A stretch of 64,000 nucleotides of DNA from a candidate division FCPU426 bacterium (GTDB lineage Bacteria; Oederibacteriota; JAAXVQ01; JAUVAV01): assembly GCA_040756875.1 (NCBI GenBank), contig JBFLYH010000001.1, forward strand, positions 145,317 through 209,316, given 5' to 3'. Both the position numbers and the translations under genes were made by a program. Below are positions 57,961 through 64,000 of this stretch, one piece after another. Under the pieces are notes generated by a model. It was not told the DNA's origin. It did not search any database and saw nothing but the letters and a program-made list of their open reading frames with translations. Each line of letters begins with the position of its first letter. Position 1 is the first letter of the stretch.

Positions 57961-57995
57961 AAAAAAGCCGGGAGCTGTTGCTCCCGGCTTTTTGC
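57961..57995. terminator. Bidirectional rho-independent terminator (A6-GCCGGGAGC-tgtt-GCTCCCGGC-T5)
   Basis: The hairpin is flanked by an A-run and a T-run. It closes the 54895-57927 operon and the convergent small gene. Confidence 0.65.
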
Positions 57996-58008
57996 ATTTA
58001 TCAGGTTT

Positions 58009-58230
58009 TTACTGGGATTCCTCGGTTTCGCTTTCTTCGGAAGACTCATCCTCGCCCATCTCTTCGTCTTCGGCTTGATTCTTGTCCTCGCCCATGGTTT
58101 GGCCGCCGGATTGGACGGTTGTCTCTTTCTTGCCTCCGTTAGAGCCCATGGCCTGCGCACTGCCGTGAATCCAGGGGATTAAGGCCGCGACGAACAATCC
58201 GATCAACAACCCCATCCATACTTTACGCAT
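58009..58230 (-). CDS. Small (73 aa) secreted/membrane protein with a highly acidic Glu/Asp/Ser C-terminal tail
   Basis: A strong RBS GAAAGGAG lies upstream. The N-terminal hydrophobic helix is followed by '...DEEMGEDESSEESETEESQ'. Confidence 0.4.
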   Translation of the reverse strand: MRKVWMGLLIGLFVAALIPWIHGSAQAMGSNGGKKETTVQSGGQTMGEDKNQAEDEEMGEDESSEESETEESQ

Positions 58231-58299
58231 CCTACGCTTGCTCCTTTCTATGAGATGTGGAACAGGATTGCTAGTATAGCATAAAAACCGGCTAAAAAA

Positions 58300-59538
58300 T
58301 CATCGTTGGTGACGGGAATCGCCTCCGGTGATCAAACGGGAAATTTTTGCCATGAACGTGCCGGTTTCGGTTTTCAACCTTTTAAGCAATATGCGCGCCC
58401 AGGCCACTTCAGTAGCCAGAATGCCCAATCCAGCGGCGATCACTAAAAGCCCTGGGCCGGGGGTGATCAGCATGACCAAACCGGCCAGCAGGACGGTGGT
58501 TCCGATCAACACCACCGCCAGACGGCGCAGTCCCTGGTACGTTACTTGCGCCAGCTGGCCGAGGTCCTGGGCCAGCGGGGAGGCGGGATCCGTGCCAGGC
58601 CGGGGAGCGATGAAGATGGCCGCCAGCAATCCTCCGGCGACCAGACAGCCGATCACCGCCAGGACCGTAAGCGGCCGCAGGGGGCGGAGCGGGTCCAACA
58701 CCAAGACCAGGCCTAAAAAAAGCAGCAAAAAGACCTGGCTGAGGCGGATGAACCGGAGCCGGCTCATGAGCGAAGCCAGGGCGAAGTACAGGGAGCGAAG
58801 CCCCAGGAGGGAAAACAAAGTGGCGGTCATGGCGATCCAAGGGTCGTGGGTGACGGCAAAAATTGCGGGAACCGTATCTGCGGCAAACAGCAGGTTGGAC
58901 GTCATCACCAGCAACAGGGCTGCGAACAACGGGGTTGCAGCCGGCCGGCCTGCGGAGGGCACCCAGAAGCGTCCGCCGGCCTGATCCGCAACGGACGGGA
59001 ATAAGCGGCGGCTCAGCCAAACCGCGGGATTGCGTTCCGGCAGCAGGTGCCCCTGCCGTGACACCGCCAGCTTGACTGCGGTGGCGATAAGCAGCAGACC
59101 GAACAGGTAGTCGATCCAAAGCAAGCGGTGCACGAGAAACGAACCCCCGGCCAAGGCCAGCGATCTGAGCGTGATCATGCCCGCCAAACCCCAAAACAGG
59201 ACGCGGTGCTGGCATTCCAGGCAGATGCGCAAGGAGGCGAATATGCAGGCGATGAGATAGATATTGTCCAGGCTGAGCGACTTTTCGAGCAGAAAACCCG
59301 CGAAAAACTGCCGGGCAGCCTGGCGCGGCGTCAGTGAGGAAACGGCGGCTATGGCCGGATCGGAGTAATAAAAATAAATAAAGAAATTAAACAGCAGGGC
59401 CAAAGCGAACCACACGGCGGATAAAAACCAGGCCCGGCTGATGGACAAGCTTGCAGCCGGCGGTTGCAGGATCCGCGTTTCCAGCAGCAAAAGCAGGATG
59501 GCGACCAAGGGAAGTAAAAACCAAGCCCAGAGGGACAT
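58300..59538 (-). CDS. TerC-family integral membrane protein fused to a C-terminal PGPGW-type transmembrane module
   Basis: The TerC repeats are 'SLSLDNIYLIA' and 'FAADTVPAIFAVTHD'. The C-terminus carries 'LITPGPGLLVIAAGLGILATEVAW'. The start is at 59538, with a GGGGAGG RBS. Confidence 0.5.
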   Translation of the reverse strand: MSLWAWFLLPLVAILLLLLETRILQPPAASLSISRAWFLSAVWFALALLFNFFIYFYYSDPAIAAVSSLTPRQAARQFFAGFLLEKSLSLDNIYLIACIFASLRICLECQHRVLFWGLAGMITLRSLALAGGSFLVHRLLWIDYLFGLLLIATAVKLAVSRQGHLLPERNPAVWLSRRLFPSVADQAGGRFWVPSAGRPAATPLFAALLLVMTSNLLFAADTVPAIFAVTHDPWIAMTATLFSLLGLRSLYFALASLMSRLRFIRLSQVFLLLFLGLVLVLDPLRPLRPLTVLAVIGCLVAGGLLAAIFIAPRPGTDPASPLAQDLGQLAQVTYQGLRRLAVVLIGTTVLLAGLVMLITPGPGLLVIAAGLGILATEVAWARILLKRLKTETGTFMAKISRLITGGDSRHQR

Positions 59539-59584
59539 CACAGGGCCTCCCCAAGTCCCGGAGAAGCAAAAAGGCGGCGGCGGT

Positions 59585-60190
59585 TCACTTGCCCTGGCGG
59601 CTGAAACGGCCGAGCGCATCATCCAGCCGGTTGGTTTCGGGGTGGAGGAAAGGAAACGCCGACGGACTGACGGTCCGGATGTCTTCCACGGTGTATACAG
59701 CTTGGGGATCGTGGCATTTGACGATCTCCAGAATTTCCCGGATGCGTTTGCGCTTGACGATGGAAAACAGCACTTTGACCGGGCGAAAGAGCCCTTGCCC
59801 GTCGATGGTGGTCACGCCGAACCCGCTTTCACGCAAATTGGCCAGCAAATCCGGCGTGGGCTGGGGCGTGATGATGCGGATGATGGACAAGCCCATGGCC
59901 AGACGGTTTTCCAGCCACATGCCCGCGAAGGTGCCGGTGGCGAATCCGCCGGCGAAAGCGAAATACGTGGCCAGATTGTTGAGGTTGCGCATGAGCTGAG
60001 TGATGGCCAAAAGCCAGATCAGGACTTCGACGAATCCGATGAGCGGCGCCCAATACCGCTGGCCGCGGGTGATGAAGATGATGCGGATGGTGCCCAGGGT
60101 GACGTCCACGACGCGGGCGCAAAAGATCAAAAGCGGCAAAAGCACCCACTGGAAAACGCTGCTTTGCGCCCATTCGCTCAAAATCGGCAT
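59585..60190 (-). CDS. UPF0316/DUF2179-family membrane protein
   Basis: Three N-terminal TM helices are followed by a C-terminal 'SGFGVTTIDGQG...VKRKRIREILEIV' DUF2179-like domain. Confidence 0.5.
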   Translation of the reverse strand: MPILSEWAQSSVFQWVLLPLLIFCARVVDVTLGTIRIIFITRGQRYWAPLIGFVEVLIWLLAITQLMRNLNNLATYFAFAGGFATGTFAGMWLENRLAMGLSIIRIITPQPTPDLLANLRESGFGVTTIDGQGLFRPVKVLFSIVKRKRIREILEIVKCHDPQAVYTVEDIRTVSPSAFPFLHPETNRLDDALGRFSRQGK

Positions 60191-60370
60191 GGGGTTCGGA
60201 CTCCTTGGCAGGGTGGCCTATTCCCGGTTGCGGGACTCCATTATCACCGTAGAGTATCGGAAGTCAATGAATTATGGTTGACCGGTGCTTGCAGGATGGC
60301 CGTCAGGCGGGTATGATAGGGGCGTTCGAGGCGCTAGGAGGGAAAATTCCAAGCGGGGAGGGCAGCTGCC

Positions 60371-60748
60371 ATGTTGAAAGCGAAGCATGTCATGACCACC
60401 GAGGTGGTCACCATCGGCCCCGAAGCCACATTGGCCGAGGCCATCGGAGTGTTGTTGGAAAAAAAGATCAGCGGTATGCCGGTCGTTGACATTCAGAAGC
60501 GTTTGGTGGGGATTATTTCCGAAAAGGATATGCTCAATTTTGCGTTCAGCGGCAATCTGGCACTGACCAAAGTCGGGGAAGCCATGACCCGCGAGATCGT
60601 CAGTTTTCCTCCTGAGACCGACGTGGCGGAAATTGCGCTGGCCATCGGCCAGCGCAATTTCCGGCGCGTGCCGATCGTGGAAGCGGGGCGCGTGGTGGGT
60701 ATCGTTTCCCGGCGCGACATTATCCGGGTGGCCCTGCTGGGCAAGTAA
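60371..60748 (+). CDS. CBS-domain pair protein
   Basis: There are two CBS motifs ('VMTTEVVTIGPEATLAEA...MPVVD', 'RRVPIVEAGRVVGIVSRRDI'). Confidence 0.7.
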   Translation: MLKAKHVMTTEVVTIGPEATLAEAIGVLLEKKISGMPVVDIQKRLVGIISEKDMLNFAFSGNLALTKVGEAMTREIVSFPPETDVAEIALAIGQRNFRRVPIVEAGRVVGIVSRRDIIRVALLGK

Positions 60749-61003
60749 ACCATCCTGCGGCAGCCGGCAGAAGCGATGGATCAGGGCCGGAAATGAAGCG
60801 GTCATGCGGACCGTTCCGCATGACCGAAACTGCCGCGTTCACTCCCTCCCGAAGCATCCCCGGGGAGGCCACACCCTTCCTTTGCGGAAAACCACGGGTC
60901 CTGCCGCGCGCCTGCACTTGCGCCGGCCGCCTGCGTATTACGAGTTGACGTAATAAAATAAAAATGGTACAACAATACCATAATAAGACTGGAGGAGGAT
61001 GAA

Positions 61004-61495
61004 ATGGCGGGTTTGCTGAGGGTGTCGGAAGCGGCCACCTTGGGATTACATGCGCTCGCTTTCTTGGCGCAGAATCCCGCGCGCAGGAATTCCAGCCGGG
61101 AAATGGCCCGGGTTTTACAGGCTTCGGAAGCGCACCTGGCCAAGGTAATGCAGCGGCTGGAGCGTGCGGGGTTGGTGCGCGGGCGCCGCGGGCCGGCTGG
61201 CGGCTTTATGCTGCTGGTTCCGGCGGAAAAACTTTCCTTGCTCCGCGTGTATGAAGCGATTGAAGGACCGCTGCAGAGCGAACAGTGCCTGCTGGGGCAA
61301 CCGATCAGCCGGCATGCCTGCCCATTGGGAAGGTTGATTAAGGGCTTGGAGAGAGACTTGGCGAAAAAACTGGAGGCGGCCACCGTAGCGGACTTCGCCA
61401 CTCAGGCCAATCTGCGTAAATGTTCGGGATTCAAAGAAACGGGAGGGAAAATCCATGCAGCTCAGCGGCGCAACGCGGGTTCAAGAACTGCTTGA
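61004..61495 (+). CDS. Rrf2-family transcriptional regulator (NsrR-like)
   Basis: The HTH is 'LHALAFLAQNPARRNSSREMARVL'. Three Cys residues (C..C......C) suggest an Fe-S sensor. An inverted repeat TGGTA-N6-TACCA lies in its promoter region at about 60977-60992. Confidence 0.65.
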   Translation: MAGLLRVSEAATLGLHALAFLAQNPARRNSSREMARVLQASEAHLAKVMQRLERAGLVRGRRGPAGGFMLLVPAEKLSLLRVYEAIEGPLQSEQCLLGQPISRHACPLGRLIKGLERDLAKKLEAATVADFATQANLRKCSGFKETGGKIHAAQRRNAGSRTA

Positions 61496-62915
61496 AGCCC
61501 ATCCGTATTTGATCGACTTTTTAGCCGGCTACCACCCTAAATTCCACCTTCTGAAAAATCCTGTCATGCGGATCACCATCGGCCGGGTGGCAACGTTGAA
61601 GATGGTGGCTGCCATGGGCGAAATCGAACTGGGAAAACTGCTGCGGGATGTCCAACAGGCCATCAAAGCAAAGACCCGCACCCTGGTCGAGATCGCGGAA
61701 ACGCTGCCTGAGGAGGACCGCCAAGCCAAAGTGGAAGCTTTAAAGGCCATTATTCAAGGGTTGCATGCCAGCGGCGACATGAACAATGCACGGCAGCAAT
61801 TCAATTTGCTGCTGCAGGATGTGCAGGCGGATGAGATTCGCCACCTGGAAGAGGATTTGGTCAAGCAAGGCATGCCCGTGCAGGAGATCCAGCGGCTGTG
61901 TGATCTGCACGTCGGTGTTTTTAAGGACGCCTTGGAGAAAAAACAGGAGGCTTCAGTGCCGCCTGGACATCCTGTGCACACCTATCAACAGGAAAACCGC
62001 CTGCTGGAAGCTCGCGTTGAAGCTCTGGATTGCCTCCTGAAAGCTTTGGGACAGCCGCCTGACAAGGGGAAAATGCGGGAATTGAAACCGGAGTTTCAGG
62101 CCGCCGTTGCGGGGCTGGCGCCATTGGAATTGCACTATGTGCGCAAAGAAAACCAACTATTTCCCTTTATGGAAAAGCACGGCATCACCGCGCCACCCCA
62201 GGTGATGTGGGGGGTGCATAACGAGATCCGCGCCCTGGGCAAGCAGGTGAGGCAGGCGCTGGCTGCGGACGATGCCCATACGCTGGCCGAACAAGGCGCA
62301 GCCTGGTTGCGGGCGGTTGTTGAAATGATCTATAAGGAGGAAAAAATCCTATTTCCCATGGTTTTGAACGCCTTCAGCCAAGAAGAGTGGAATGAAATCC
62401 GGCACGGCGAGGATGAACTCGGTTATGCCGTCGCTCCGGGCCAGGAATGGCAACCAAACGGAGGCGGACAAATTCATCAAAAGGAGAACCGACCTATGCA
62501 ATCCCAAGTAACCCTGAAAACGGGCGGTCTGACAATGGAGCAACTGGACCTGATGCTGAAGCATCTGCCGGTGGATGTCAGTTTCGTGGACGAACAGGAC
62601 GAGGTGCGTTACTACAATGACGTCAAAGACCGGATCTTTCCCCGCTCGCCGGGAGTCATTGGCCGCAAGGTTCAGCAATGCCATCCGCCTAAAAGCGTGC
62701 ACATGGTCCAGCAGATATTGGATGAATTCAAGGCCGGCCGCAAAAACACGGCGGAGTTTTGGCTTGATCTGCATGGCCGCAAACTGCACATCCGGTATTT
62801 CGCGGTGCGCGACCAGGCGGGACAATACCGCGGCACTTTGGAAGTCAGCCAGGATATCACTGCCATTCAGCGTTTGGCTGGGGAGCGGCGCCTGTTGGAT
62901 TGGGAAAAGCCCTGA
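61455..62915 (+). CDS. Multidomain DUF1858 / hemerythrin-like / DUF438 / PAS protein (putative NO/redox-responsive)
   Basis: There is an N-terminal DUF1858-like region 'TRVQELLEAHPYLIDFL', a hemerythrin-like HHE region, and a C-terminal PAS domain ('VDVSFVDEQDEVRYYN...'). It is adjacent to the Rrf2 gene. Confidence 0.55.
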   Translation: MQLSGATRVQELLEAHPYLIDFLAGYHPKFHLLKNPVMRITIGRVATLKMVAAMGEIELGKLLRDVQQAIKAKTRTLVEIAETLPEEDRQAKVEALKAIIQGLHASGDMNNARQQFNLLLQDVQADEIRHLEEDLVKQGMPVQEIQRLCDLHVGVFKDALEKKQEASVPPGHPVHTYQQENRLLEARVEALDCLLKALGQPPDKGKMRELKPEFQAAVAGLAPLELHYVRKENQLFPFMEKHGITAPPQVMWGVHNEIRALGKQVRQALAADDAHTLAEQGAAWLRAVVEMIYKEEKILFPMVLNAFSQEEWNEIRHGEDELGYAVAPGQEWQPNGGGQIHQKENRPMQSQVTLKTGGLTMEQLDLMLKHLPVDVSFVDEQDEVRYYNDVKDRIFPRSPGVIGRKVQQCHPPKSVHMVQQILDEFKAGRKNTAEFWLDLHGRKLHIRYFAVRDQAGQYRGTLEVSQDITAIQRLAGERRLLDWEKP

Positions 62916-62963
62916 GTTGCGGGAAAACGGCGCGAACGGAACGACTTGACGAGAGGTGAGGAA

Positions 62964-63296
62964 ATGGACCAGTCCGTGGATTCGATTCGCGGCCAGGCCG
63001 GTCGTCTGGCTGCGTTGGTGGATTATCAGACCGGAGCGGTCGTGAGCCGCACGCTGATTGACAAGAGCGCGGGCACGGTGACTTTGTTTGCCTTTGACCG
63101 CGGCCAAGGCTTAAGCGAACATACGGCGCCTTTCGATGCCCTGGTTTTCATATATGAGGGAGCGGCGGAGGTGACCATCAGCGGGGAAGGGCGCCGGGTG
63201 ATAGGCGGTGAAGTGATTCTCATGCCCGCCCGTCAGCCGCACAGCCTGCGCGCTTTGGAACCGTTTAAAATGATGCTGGTGATGATCAGGCAATAA
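62964..63296 (+). CDS. Cupin-domain protein
   Basis: 'GLSEHTAPFDALVFIYEGAAEVTISGE...GEVILMPARQPH' is a cupin barrel. An RBS GAGAGGTGAGG lies upstream. Confidence 0.55.
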   Translation: MDQSVDSIRGQAGRLAALVDYQTGAVVSRTLIDKSAGTVTLFAFDRGQGLSEHTAPFDALVFIYEGAAEVTISGEGRRVIGGEVILMPARQPHSLRALEPFKMMLVMIRQ

Positions 63297-63298
63297 AC

Positions 63299-63955
63299 TC
63301 AGGCTTTGGGCGCGGTGCGTTTGGCGAACTGGTGGCGCAAAAATTCCCAGACGGCGGGAAGTATTGAAACGAAAATGATGCCTAAAATAACCAGTGTGAA
63401 GTTTTTCCGGACCATGGGTAAATTGCCGAAAAAATAACCCCCGTAAACGAACATGCCGACCCATGCCACCCCGCCGATCACGTTATAACTGATGAATTTC
63501 AGATAATTCATCGTCCCGATGCCGGCCACGAACGGCGCGAACGTGCGGATGATGGGGATGAAACGGGCCAGGATGATGGTCTTGCCGCCGTGCCGTTCGT
63601 AAAACCGGTGGGTTTTTTCCAGATGCTTTTTATTCAGCAGGAAGAGCCGTTCCGAAGAGAACACTTTGGGCCCCAGGAAGTGCCCGATCCAGTAGTTGAC
63701 CGTGTCGCCCAGGATGGCAGCGATGGTCAGGAGGATGAACAAAAGATGGGCGTTCAAGCTGCCCAGCGCCGCAAAAGTACCGGTGGCGAAAATCAGGGAA
63801 TCGCCGGGCAGGATCGGCGTCACGACCAGCCCGGTCTCGCAAAAAATGATCATAAAGAACAGGACATACACCCACGGGCCGAAATACGCGATGATTTGGC
63901 CCAAGTGATGATCCATGTGCATTACATAATCCCATGCCAAGTGAATCAATTCCAT
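63299..63955 (-). CDS. dedA: DedA/SNARE-associated family membrane protein
   Basis: 'FGPWVYVLFFMIIFCETGLVVTPILPGDSLIFATG' is the DedA signature. Confidence 0.75.
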   Translation of the reverse strand: MELIHLAWDYVMHMDHHLGQIIAYFGPWVYVLFFMIIFCETGLVVTPILPGDSLIFATGTFAALGSLNAHLLFILLTIAAILGDTVNYWIGHFLGPKVFSSERLFLLNKKHLEKTHRFYERHGGKTIILARFIPIIRTFAPFVAGIGTMNYLKFISYNVIGGVAWVGMFVYGGYFFGNLPMVRKNFTLVILGIIFVSILPAVWEFLRHQFAKRTAPKA

Positions 63956-64000
63956 GTCAGTCCCCGTTTCTTTTGAAAGTCGGAAGCGGAAAGCAAACTC

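Noticed and set aside
1-64000. CRISPR arrays, rRNA/tRNA genes, IS elements, integrases or phage genes
   Set aside because: There are no direct-repeat/spacer arrays and no structural RNA signatures. xerD is the chromosomal dimer-resolution recombinase, not a mobile-element integrase. No transposase or phage hallmark proteins were found.

Overview
The window is a 64 kb, high-GC (about 62%) chromosomal stretch from an anaerobic bacterium. Coding density is high and gene content is mostly housekeeping. I found no mobile elements, CRISPR arrays or rRNA/tRNA genes.

Recognisable genes, in order:
- Two tandem Ddl-family ATP-grasp ligases, the first cut by the window edge.
- Two paralogous Pro/Thr-linker lipoproteins with a shared C-terminal beta-domain.
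- xerD, a CCA-type nucleotidyltransferase, and mutY with a NUDIX tail.
- nifU and nifS (Fe-S cluster assembly).
- ATP-dependent pfkA and PPi-dependent pfp in tandem, then enolase. Two giant hybrid sensor kinases bracket enolase, and a CheY-like receiver follows.
- An arsR / permease-HMA metal efflux operon with a textbook 10-2-10 operator.
- An Rsm22-like methyltransferase next to a spermidine-synthase-like gene.
- A PEBP lipoprotein, an outer-membrane beta-barrel, an LpoB-like lipoprotein, and purC.
- A porin-amtB-glnK nitrogen operon behind a clear sigma-54 promoter, with an HD-domain protein next to it.
- A nitroreductase, msrB and yciH.
- A sulfur block: Rrf2 regulator, cysK, metY and a ThiI-like PP-loop ATPase.
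- The mercury-methylation pair hgcA-hgcB, with an intact cap-helix motif NVWCAAGKGTF. This is the window's most biologically consequential locus.
- An Hsp20, an Fe-type alcohol dehydrogenase, and two GH99-like glycoside hydrolase paralogs, one of them a 946-aa lipoprotein.
- mntP, a TPR protein, a PilZ protein and a DAG-kinase-family lipid kinase.
- A two-gene operon pairing a membrane-tethered Pro/Glu/Ala-rich protein with a single-chain STAS + zinc-ribbon + RsbW-type kinase fusion. This is the most unusual architecture in the window.
- A TerC-PGPGW fusion, a CBS pair, and an NsrR-like Rrf2 regulator with a DUF1858/hemerythrin/DUF438/PAS protein, a cupin and dedA.

Several non-coding signals are visible directly: a perfect 20-bp inverted repeat between pfkA and pfp, operator-like palindromes, rho-independent terminators, and sigma-70 and sigma-54 promoter matches.

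Coordinates of CDS starts were refined from the ORF track by codon counting. Coordinates of non-coding motifs may be off by 1-2 nt.
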